Assembly (NCBI GenBank): GCA_964016885.1
Contig: OZ024741.1
Location: 319,610,001 to 319,674,000, forward strand
DNA length: 64,000 nt
From: Eledone cirrhosa
Lineage: Eukaryota
Direction of reading: 5' to 3'
Within the stretch, counting starts at the first letter, position 1. The number at the start of each line of letters is the position of its first letter. The translations under genes were made by a program, and so were the position numbers. Shown in pieces: positions 53,075-64,000 of the stretch. The notes below the pieces were generated by a model. The model saw only the letters and a list, made by a program, of their open reading frames with translations. It was not told where the DNA came from and searched no databases.

Positions 53075-53735
53075 TCATCATCATCTTCGTTTAATGTCCA
53101 TCTTCCACGCTAGCATGGGTTAGACGGGAGTTGTCCCAATTTGAGGCAAGGTTAGTCGGGTGACCGTGTCTCACTCATATAGGACTATCTGGCAGGATGC
53201 CCTTCCTAACACCAACCAAATTTACAGTGTGGAACTGGGAAATTTTTACCGTGTTACCTACACGGCCACATTACAGCGTGGATGGTGTGTTTTTGTGTCG
53301 TGACACCTACACGATCTCAATCTCATTATCTCATTTATTTGGACTGGATGTTGTGGTACCAACTTTACAGAGAGAGGGTGGTGTTGGTGGGAGTTGAAGG
53401 ATAGGGTAGGGGTAGTGGATTGGGGTGTATATTTGGTTAAGAGGTGCCTACTGACTGAAGGTTTCGCTTTGTACATAGGCAAGGCGGGTCTTCTGTATTA
53501 CTGCGTAGCGCCAAAGATCTTGGTCCAGTGACATTGTCTTAGAGAGGTGCAAGTGTGTAAGGTCGGAATTTATCAGATCGTCCCAGGTTTTTCTGGGTCT
53601 ACCTACTCCGTAACTACCATCAATTTTGATCGCCCTGCACTGTTTTATACAGCTGTCGTCTTTCATGCGCATCACGTGACCATATCAATGTAGTCTTCTC
53701 TCAAGTAAACAGCATCTGATCCCTCTTATTCCTAA
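53075..53735 (-). mobile_element. 3' end of the RTE family at 38343-40543
   Basis: Reverse complement is highly similar to 39940-40540; GRPRKTWDDLINSDL. Confidence 0.88.
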
Positions 53736-53739
53736 TATA

Positions 53740-53957
53740 TCATCATCATCATCATCATTTTACGTCCGCTTTTCCCTGCTTGCAATGGTGGGATGGGTCT
53801 TATTCAGCACAGCATCTCTCCACTTGTCACGTTCCTTCGTCATCTCCACCGTGAGCTTCAGCGATCTGAGGTCTGTTCTCATTACCTCCACCCATGTTTT
53901 TCATGGTCTACCTCTACCATGTCTTCCTTCAACTGGCATTTCCTGGCACTTCTTCAT
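53740..53957 (-). mobile_element. 3' end of a second RTE family
   Basis: KKCQEMPVEGRHGRGRP*KTWVEVMRTDLRSL...RDKWRDAV, then TTGCAAGCAGGGAAAAGCGGACGTAAAA(TGA)n. Confidence 0.75.
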
Positions 53958-54114
53958 ATATATATATATACTAGCAGTGTATCCTGGCGTTGTACGGTTA
54001 AGAACATTGGTAATAGCACCTCCAATGAGAAACGTTTATTTGTGAGTGCCTGTTAAAAACTCACGAACTGGACATGCTCAACGACATCCAGAGTTGACAC
54101 TGCACTCAGTGCTC

Positions 54115-54295
54115 CTGTAGGAGCCCCTGTATGGACGCACTGGAAGAGGAAGACCAAAGTTAACATATGTTGATGCCCTAAGGACAGACACTGGTCTGTT
54201 GGAGACGCAGGACATGGCAGCGATAATGAGGGAAATAGACCACTGGAGAGAACTCGTCCATGGATCTCGGGAATTTTATCCGCCCTAGATAGATA
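54115..54295 (+). mobile_element. 3' end of a third RTE-like LINE with (TAGA)n tail
   Basis: YGRTGRGRPKLTYVDALRTDTG...M.EIDHWRELV...YPP*, then TAGATAGATA. Confidence 0.7.
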
Positions 54296-56667
54296 TGTTT
54301 CTTTATTAGCCTCAGGGGCACAAAAGAAGGGGACAAATACAAAGGGGAAGTTTACATACAATAAAAACGTGTAAAATACTATCACAAATGCAATTTAAAA
54401 ATTAATCGATTTTCCCCAATAGGGGGAGACATTACATATGGGTAACACATACCCCCGAAAAAATGTGCAACCCTCATCTCCAGGAGTACGAAGAGTGAGT
54501 ACCCCCTTCCTCTCTTACTCTTTTTCCTCAACCTACAGGCTGATATAGAGAGAAGGCCCATTCACTCGGGCCATTCTCGCCACTTTCACCCACCTTTCAT
54601 AGAACTTGCTGGGGTATAGCATCTCTCTCTCCATCCTGATTCTTCTTCCAAAGTGGTATTTGAAAAAAAGAATCAGTTGTTGGCCGGAGAGAAAGGTGCC
54701 TGACCTCAGCCCTTTTAACCTCGTCCACTATACAACCTCTTTCGCCATAGCTATCACACAAAGAAAAATCGCCTCTCCTTCGTTTTTGAAGGAGGGTGGC
54801 GGTTTGATCATAACAAAGGACTCTGTGGTCAACCGGATTGGTCCCACCCGTGTCAATAGTCGTTCTACATAACCCCACAGGTCGGTAATGCCCGGGCAGT
54901 GTACGAATGCGTGCACGATTGTTTCTTCCTCTCGCACACATCTCGGACAAATCTTTTTCGAAGGGTCCTTGCCCGGGCGCCCATGTCTGTAGAGCTTATC
55001 TCGAACTGGTAGAGCTCTTCGGTTGTACTGCCAGGCCAGGGACTACTGAACAGACTGGCCAGTTCATCTTCCTCTACGCCTAGATTTTCTCCGAGTGCGT
55101 CGTCGCACTTGCTGCGGACCAACCCTCTATAGAATGAGGAAGTGGAGTCTCCACTGATTGCCGGGTCTGCCTGCCAGAGGACTGTGAGCACCTGAGCACA
55201 TTCGATGTGCCAGTCGCCCATTTTCCTCGGCCTTTTCTTGACCCAGGACTGCAGCTCAGTCAGTGAGATGAGTCGTGGGAAGGCTCGCCTCATGAACGGG
55301 GCCCACACCGGTTGTCTTGTGAGGAATACATGGAGGTGCCGCAGCCTGAGCGCATGTTTGCACATCGTCAGCCACTGCATCCCCAGCCCTCCGTTGGAAG
55401 GGTGTTGGCAGCAGATGGATCTTCTCACCAAAGAAGCCCGTTTCTTCCAAAGGAATTGGAAGAGCGCACGCTCCATTTTCGTGAGTGTTTTGGCTGGACA
55501 AGGCACGATGGTCAGGCGGTAGTAGATGACGGACGCTATAAAAGTGTTCGCCACCTCCGCTCGACCTTTCAAGGATAGTTTGCACTCGGCCCACTTCTGG
55601 GTGAGCGCAAACACCTTGGCCGTCACCTCGTTCCAGTTCTTCTCCATCTGGAAGTCCGGACCAAACCAGACCCCGAGCAGCTTTACTGGTCCTTCCGTCC
55701 AGCGTCCGACGACGCCATCGGAAGAGCATCGGTTTGCCTCTCCACGATCCGAGCTGCAAACCGACAGACTTGTCCCGGTTCAGCTTCGCTCCTGTGAACC
55801 TTTCATATTCCTTCAGTAAGGTGCCGACTTCCTCGATTTGCGAGGTTATCGACACCATTACTGTCACGTCGTTGGCGTAGGCCGACACTGCTTTTTGCTG
55901 CTGTGCATTGCAGCAATCCAGCCCCTGAACACGGGTCCGAAGCCTGCTGCCTCGAGCACTGCATCCAGGTAACGATGGTCAACCCTATCGAAAGCCTTAG
56001 ACTGATCCAAGTTGATCAGGGCCCCACCGAATCCGAGTTTACACCCTACCCTCTCTATGATGTATCACATGAGGTGGAGGTTGTCGTGTATGGACCTGGT
56101 CAGGATTGCGCATGTCTGCCATTCTCCCACCAGGTTTTAGACGACAAGCGCCAGCCTCTTTACCAGGAGAACAGAGAACAAGTCCGGCATTGCTACGTAA
56201 AATTCATAGGCTAGACCGTCGAGACCTGGAGATTTGCGTTTGTCGTATTGGCTCAGCGCATTCCCTATCTCAGCATCCGAAATCGGCCTCGCTGTCCGAG
56301 AGTCATGGCAGGGCGTCGAGGTATGGACCAAAATCCATAGCCCTCCCACCGTGCCACCCTGCCCGAACAGCTGAGCAAAGTGCCGCTGAAAGGCCGCGCA
56401 CATCTGCTTCGGCTCATGTATCACGCGTCCGTCTTAGTCCTTCAAAGACCGAATCGTGGGCTTGTTGACACTTTTCGCCTCCGTCACCCGGGCCCAGCTA
56501 ACAGCTTTGGCTCCCTTGTTACCCAGTGCACGTATTTTGCTTCTGACAACGCAGCCCTCATGCTTTGCGTCGAAGAACTGGTCCAAGGCCGTTCTCGTCG
56601 CTAGCACGTTGGCTACGTTGCCACTTCTAATTGCCTCTTCTACTTTATCTACCAGTTCCTTCTTCAT
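54296..56667 (-). mobile_element. Second Tx1-clade element, 5'-truncated with internal deletions
   Basis: Homologous to 23780-26545: KSPGLDGL.YEFY, SAYANDVTV, LSLKGRAEVANTFIAS, ETIVHAFVHC. Confidence 0.9.
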
Positions 56668-57467
56668 GGTTATCGTTACATTTCATTTGACAATTTGTGG
56701 GTTGTTTTGGCTCTATTGGACAAGTTTGTTATTACGCCCAAGTTGGCATTTGTTTTTTAATCCATGCTTTTTTTCAGTTATTATGTTATCACTTGGCCAG
56801 TTCAGTGATTGATCTGTCTCTGTTGGTCTAGCAATTATATTTTCTTTTGCTAAAATTGTTTATTTGTTTATCACTTTCCTTTTTGCTACTTTAGTTTTTG
56901 TCTTGTCATTGTCTGCAGAATACGTCAGGATATCATGTTCAGCAAAAATTATTATTCTGTATTGAAAGATTAAATTGTTATTTAGTATCTGGTTGTATAC
57001 TCTGGTGTATTTTATATCTGATGTCTCTAAATTGTAATTATTTTACTTAGGTTAATTTGTTGGTCATATTTAGTTTCTTCCACTGGGACTGGTATAGTTA
57101 AGCCTCCATTTTCAATTAGTTAGATTTGTACTCTGTTTACAATTTAGACCAGAGTAAAAATGAAGTTGTTCTGTCATGTATAGCATGTTATCATCACATT
57201 TGTTCTAACGACCAATCACATATTTTACATAATTATTGATGTAGTTTTCTGAAATACACAAAGGGCTTGTCCCAGAACCATTTATGTAAAAAATGTATAG
57301 CAAGGTTTATATGTGTACCATATTATTCCTCCCTAATTATCACTTGGAATTTGATAGAAAGTTTACTTTTTTTCAATAGATATTGTAGGATGAGTATATA
57401 TGTTGTGCATACCTGGCATTTCTGCTTGTTCATCACCATGATAGATCATATACTTTTGAAGGCAAAT

Positions 57468-57498
<31 letters not shown>

Positions 57499-57725
57499 TT
57501 ATGTGTGTGTGTGTACATATTGCATAATATGATGTAGGACAGAACAGGGAGAGACATAAAATAACAAATTACTCATTGAAGAGTCACAGAATGTGTAATG
57601 AAAGAATTTTGACATACAAATAAACAACCATCCAGTTATTAAACTAATCAACTGGAAGTTTATAATAAATTGAAGTGAACCCCAACAGGTGTGTGTGTAT
57701 TGACCCTCCCAAAGTATAACAATAC

Positions 57726-57756
<31 letters not shown>

Positions 57757-60700
57757 CTCACAGAGGTATGCCCACATGCCCCTCCCTCTCAAACAGATAT
57801 ATATATATATATATTATTGACAGATGTGAAAATGAGAACTCAATACCATAGTAGAGATTAATTGATTCTTATTTGTTCATGTATTCAGTTTTCTGTACCA
57901 GTCAAAAGACACTCCACTGTTTTCCTTTCTCTCTATGTTATTGTGTTGTCTCCTATGTCTCCTCTCAGTAGTGTATTCAAGCAGTCTTGAAACCTGGGAT
58001 CAGTGTGATGCAATCCTCTCCATATTCACAAATTTTCATTGTCCACTGGGTGGGTGACGAGAAAGATAAATCCTTTTGTTCAGATTCAGAGTTCACATGT
58101 GTTTCGTCATTTCCATCTGCAATTTTGTATACATACACACATTCAGACACCAAACACACACATATATATATAATATATATACATATATGCATATATATAT
58201 GCATGTACATACACACACACACACTTATCTCCCTCTCTTCCTCTCTCCCCCCTCTCTCTCTCTCGATATATATATATATGTCATACAGACACTTATAGAT
58301 CCATACATATGCATGCATGCATATATATAAGTATGAAAGTCTGTGTGTGTGTGCGTGTGTGTGTGTGTGCGTGTGCATGTATAAGAACCAGTGCTGTTTT
58401 GCCATCATGAAATATTTTTTGTACTTACTACTTAAATGTGGGAAAGAAATTTTTCTTAACACCACTAACAATATTACTACACGATTTATCTCTAGATGAT
58501 ATACATATCTTATTTATTATGCTGTTTTCCTTCTCCAGCCTTCGATAAGGCTTGCATTATTAGAAATAATCTCATAAAGCTTTGCAAAGTACATATAGTC
58601 AATGAGAAACTCTATCCTAGATTGATTACAGGGAACTAACCAAGATATTGGCTTTTCATCTGTTATATCGCTCCACATGTATTATGTAGTCTAAGCTCAA
58701 TTATGCCTGAAATCATGTGAAATCATGGCTGCAATGCCTTTCATCACAAGTCTGCTTAAACAAAGGTGAACTTTGTGCTAAACATCAGCAGGGACTATGA
58801 CAACATCAACAACAACAACAACAACAAAAACAACAGCAGCAGTAGCTACAACAACAACAACAACAGCAGCAGCAGCAGCAACAGCAACAGTATCAATGGA
58901 ACTATCATATCCAAGAACAAATATTCCTAGTTTTCACATGTCTCACTTTGGTGAAATTAGGTCTGATATGTTAAATGGATTCGTATATAACTACTGTCCA
59001 GTTCACTCCACTCCACCACACATTAAACTTTTCAAATATAGAACACATACTTCTAGGTACACATTTACCATGGCCAGAAAAAATAGCAACCTGAAAAAAT
59101 ATACACACATTTTAATGCAGTTTCTAACATAAGAATAAGGCCAACAGTTTGTGCAAATAGGAAAGTACATTGCCACCAGTACGTGACTGGTACATTATTT
59201 TATTGACTTCAGAAGGATGAAAGGCAAAGTTGACCTTAGTAGGATTTGACCTTAGAATGTAAAGGACCATAACTATATACCATAACTATTTTGTCTTATG
59301 CTCTAAGGATTCTATCAACCCACTACTCTTAAACACTTTGTAATGTGAAAACTTATTTTGCTATTTTCTTATCTCTCAAGCTGAAACCAATATTCTGGAT
59401 ATGGGAAGAATTCGATATAACATAATTGCATTATTAACTAATGTTTCTTTCCTTAGTTTTGTTTAATGTTGTGTAAGGTAATATCGTTGCTATGATTATC
59501 TCATGTAAATGCAATAACAAGCATAACCTATCCGTAATATGAGGTCAGAGTGATACTGGAAACGGGAATAGATTTTAGGAACTTTGCTCTTCTAAGCAGA
59601 ATGATAAAAATAAGTAAGGAAATTAGAAAACATCTTTTAAAAAAGGCATAACATCAGAACATGGTCAGAATTTCGTGTTGTTCATGTTCAGTATATTGAA
59701 TATTCCACACAAACATATTACATGCATACATACTTACATACATATGCTATGCACACACACACACACATCATCATCATCATCATCATTTCATTTTACGTCC
59801 GCTTTTTCCCTGCTTGCAAGGGTGGGACGGGAACTGATTCTGGCTTGATTTCTACAGCTGGATGCCCTTCCTAACACCAACCTCATTTACAGTAAGTGCT
59901 GGGTGCTTTTTTGCTGTGGCACCTCTGCGACCACTTTGCAGTGGATTGATAGGGACCGCAGTCCCTATCATCTCATTTCTACAGCTGAGTAAACTGGAGC
60001 AATGTGAAATAAAGTATCTTGCTCAAGGAAACAACACATCACCCGGTCTGAGAATTGAACTCACAACCTTTCGATTGCGAGGCCAATGCTCTAACCACTA
60101 AGCCATGTGCCTCCATCACATATATATATATATATACACATATACACGTGCATGCATATGTGTGTCATTCATTCGAGGGGGTCATTTTTATTACATATAT
60201 TTGATTTCAATGTCAATGTATTTTAATATCGTAAGAGAGGTCTTCCTAAAATGTTGTGCCCTATCACAAAATTGGCCAAATAGAAGAACTTCAGATAGAC
60301 AAATTAATGACCAGTCCATCTAAAATGAGACTGGGGGGGGGGGGGGGGTAGCTTGAATGCCTCACATCTTTCTGTTCAAACCAGCCATAATTGGCGGCTC
60401 ATACCAATGTTATGGTATTGTTCTCAAAATAAATAACATCAAAATCTTGTAGCTTTGATATTATGTGAGATAAAGCTTTTACTGTGAAAATACTAGTAAA
60501 TATAGAGTAATGTAAATGTTAATGGGTTAAAGGTCACATATCCTGAAAATACCAACATTACTGATTTGGTCTTAGATAATATACCCAGAATTGCTACAAG
60601 AGCAATGTTTATTGAAATTATTTGAATGTTGTATGTGACATACAATGAGTCAAGGGCAAAGATCCATAAAGTAAAGATGAAAAGGCTGCAGCTACATAAA

Positions 60701-61109
60701 CTTTTTGTTTCCATTTCAGATGCACTGCTACAACTTACCAAATAAATCAGTTATTTGGTTAAACCTATTTATGATATTTGAATTCAGAGCCATTGACTTT
60801 TATGCAATCTGTTTGAAGAATAGGAATGTTTCTTTGCTTACTAGTTAGCTTAGCTTGGTGAATTATTGGCACAATTTATATATAAAAAGGAAAACTTATT
60901 GTGACGCTGGATAGTTTAGCAGCATGTGACAAATGTTCAGACATAAATTGAATTTCTTCCAAAGATACTGCTACACGTGCTGCACATATTTGTATGCATA
61001 CACATGAATATGTATGTGTGTGTATGTATAAATACACACACATACACACATATGCAGACACACACACACACACATATGTATATATATATAAGTATATATA
61101 TGTATGGAC

Positions 61110-61395
61110 TCATTCAACAGACTCTTGGATCATGTCAATAGCTTCCTGTGTCATTCAGAGTGGGTAAGATGGTTCTCAGACATTGTATTGAGGTTCTACT
61201 TAGTTCCATAGGTGTTAAACCTCTTCACCTAGGTTTGTATATTGGCTTTGAAGGAAGATTTCTCTGCTCCAAAAGGTACATTAAATTGTTCCTGGACCTG
61301 CTTATATGAGCCAAACTTATAGTAGTGTTTCACACAGAAAATCCAGTGTTGGGGCTCCCAGTGGGTCTTGTTTTCTCAGATGATATATCTGCCAT
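61110..61395 (-). mobile_element. Degenerate Tc1-like transposase N-terminal fragment
   Basis: Minus strand reads WIFCVKHYYKFGSYKQVQEQF...IQT*VKRFNTYG, an HTH pattern of Tc1-type transposases. Confidence 0.5.
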
Positions 61396-62315
61396 ATCAT
61401 GAAGTGTTTGTATATTTATATATGTAAATAAGACTGTTATTGTTCTGGTCAGTCTACTGCATCAATCATTCTACATACACTCAGCAAACACACCTAAATC
61501 GAATGCTAAACTGTCCTATGACTCATACAAAACAAATTGTACTCAAATTTGGCAAATCAAACATGGACCACCCATCCTCCCAAACTCGGTTTATGTAACT
61601 GAACCACAATAGGGAAGACAAACATTATCCAGCTGCAGCTGTCATATAACATAAGTTTCTATATAATTGTTTCTACTTTAGGCACAAGGCCAGCAATTAC
61701 CCAGTGCATTACTGGTACTTTATTTTATCGACCCCGTAAGGATGAAAGGCAAAGTCAACCTCAGCGGGATTTGAACTCAGATCGTAAAGGGACGTAACTA
61801 TGCTGGAAAGCATGGCGTCCGACCCTCTACCGATACTGCCAATCCACCGCCCTAGTTTCTATATAATAAAGCCAAAGCAATTATTATCTCCATCTGTAAC
61901 TCTTTAAAATTTACACACACTAACATACATATAATGCATCCCCTATCTCAGTCATGTTACTATAAGAAGTCATTTATCCATACATGCTGAACATATGTAT
62001 GGATCATTATCACTGTATGTGTTCAAATCCCGCCGAGGTGAACTTTGCCTTTCATCCTTACGGGGTCGATAAAATAAAGTACCAGTAATGTATTGGGTAA
62101 TTGCTGGCCTTGTGCCTAAAGTAGAAACAATCATCACTGTTTGATGTAATTATATCCTGGAAATTATTAAAATATAATTCTCATCATTAATCACTTCTGC
62201 ATGTTGCTAATTAGCATAGACTATAGTGTTTCTTTTATGCGAATCTTTAATTTATGTAAAAAAAAAAAATGTCTCAGTTTGTTTGATTGTTCATATATCC
62301 TGTAATCTTGGTACA

Positions 62316-62505
62316 TACGAAGGTTGGCTGAAAAGTTCATAGGCTGACTAAGATGCTCTCATGAGGTTTATTTTTCAATATAATCCCTGGAAAGAAACAA
62401 TGCAATTATTAATAAGAAGGATTGAAATTAATGGATGCAAGATTTCACAGCTCTAGCATCAAACTCTTCATAGCCTGACAATGAACTTTTCAGCTCATCC
62501 TCATA
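62316..62505. mobile_element. mariner-type MITE (partial second copy ~62712-62788)
   Basis: TACGAAGGTTGGCTGAAAAGTTCAT ... ATGAACTTTTCAGCTCATCCTCATA inverted termini. Confidence 0.65.
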
Positions 62506-63306
62506 CCACTAGCATATCATTTACCAATAGCACTGACACCACGTGATTCAGAATAAAGGTGTATATGGATTGATCTTCTATTGGTGTATTCTATAATACA
62601 AAGGAAAGTTGTCTCAGTGCATATCCAGGTTGTACTCAGAAATCAGGGAATGAACATTCACAAAATATCTACATTATTTTTCCGTATCCCACTGGAGGAG
62701 TCATTGTAGTATTAATGCATGCAAGATTTCACAGCTGTAGTATCACTTCTTCATAGTTAGCCTATGAACTTTTCTACCTATCTTTGTATGGTACACCATT
62801 ATATATGTTCAACACTTTTGATGGTATGGCTCCACTACTCTATAATGTTATTCTGTTTGCCATGATAATTATGTGTCCGTGTGTTAAGCTTTCAGCAGTT
62901 TTATCTATGGAAGAAATTCGTAAATGTAATTGAAATCTTTAACATAATTTCAAGTGTTACGTTTCAAACAACTTTTACCATTGAATGAAGCCGATAACAT
63001 AATCGAAATAGTTCACATAATGAAACAGTGTTACAAAGATCTCTAAATCTATGCACCAAAATAGAAAGAACAACATGATTACCGCGAGTACGAACAATTC
63101 ATAAGATTGTATACATATCATTAATTTGAAGAATTCTAAGACATGCAGCATTTAGTTACATGCATTTCCTTTATGAGTTCGTATTCTCTGGACGTCAGTA
63201 AATTAAGTACTAGTTAAAAACTGATGTTGATATAACTAATTTTATCCACAGTTTTGTCAGATATCAACATTACTATCATCATTTCTTGTTAATTAATCCA
63301 CTATTT

Positions 63307-63752
63307 ATAATAATAATGAAAATTATTGTGTACAGTGCTCAGGTGCACTACAACTCACCAAAGGTGCATGCATAGTACATAGAATAATGTACAAATGTCA
63401 GTAAAGTAAATAGTGTATGAGTCATGATATACACACCCATGCGTGCATATGTATGGATGTATGGAGGGGGAATATCAGGTGTAGTGTTGGCGAATTTTGG
63501 GAAGCATGGAAGTTTTGAAGGATGCAGTGTCCTAACAGCTAACAACTGATGCAGGTAGTTTGTTCCATACTTCAGCAACTCTGAGCATGAAAAAATGTTT
63601 GCAAAAGTCATGGGAGCTGTGTTATTTTCTGACTTTGTAGGCATGCCCATGGGTGTTAGACACATGGAACTCAAAAAGGTGGCAAGATGGTTAATAATTT
63701 TGTGGGCGTCTACCAAGTCAGTTGCCAGATATCGTAACTTCAATGTATCCAA
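63307..63752 (-). mobile_element. 3' end of the CR1 family at 6085-7296
   Basis: Reverse complement aligns by eye to 6840-7290 (LKLR.LATDLV..HKIINH and the 3' UTR). Confidence 0.88.
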
Positions 63753-64000
63753 TCAACTAAAACATTATTTATAATCTGTATTATTCTGCTTGTCACAATG
63801 TGTGTTTGAAAGTTACACTTTCCAGGGGCAAATAACTTCATCTTGAACTCAGTTAGTGAACAAAGAAGGGGGTAGCAAATGTTAGTGAGGGTGGCAATCA
63901 TCTGGAAGAAGAGAGAGAAAGAGAGAGAGAGAGAATAAAACTACCAGGAAATACTGTTACAAAAATAATTGTATACAGTGTGATTCTCAAAGAAATAAAC

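Noticed and set aside
53969-54060. Helitron-like start (TACTAGC...CCTGGCGTTGTACGG)
   Set aside because: Only a short motif is present and no matching other end was found, so it is too weak to call.
58539-58580. Candidate fifth BTBD16-like exon after a good acceptor (also 59381)
   Set aside because: The phase-0 frame hits a stop within about 13-15 codons and lacks the expected BACK-region motif; the next exon was not identified.

Overview
Repeat-saturated eukaryotic (invertebrate) genomic DNA. The (AT)n/(CA)n density and SINE types suggest an octopod cephalopod, but this is inference only. Most ORFs in the supplied track are microsatellite artefacts. One host gene is visible: four + strand coding exons of a BTBD16/germ-cell-less-type BTB protein (13057-13380, 16207-16324, 51320-51389, 52703-52765), with a ~35 kb intron. 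The rest is decayed LINEs (CR1, Tx1, RTE, R4/Dong), Tc1/mariner remnants, two tRNA-derived SINE families, a 5S rRNA chimera and many Penelope-like element (PLE) pieces, most flanked by (TA)n tracts. The main signal is a set of hammerhead ribozymes (HHRs), all read by eye. First, a 2.3 kb palindromic tandem array of an apparently identical 310-bp non-coding unit carries seven type I minimal HHRs (retrozyme-like, predicted 310-nt circular RNA; 2031-4340). Second, several PLE-end HHRs carry 84-95 nt insertions in stem II. Third, a family of four HHR copies has a CAGAAGA (U4A) core. Fourth, fold-back insertions have their inversion point inside HHR stem II. No folding, alignment or database searches were run.
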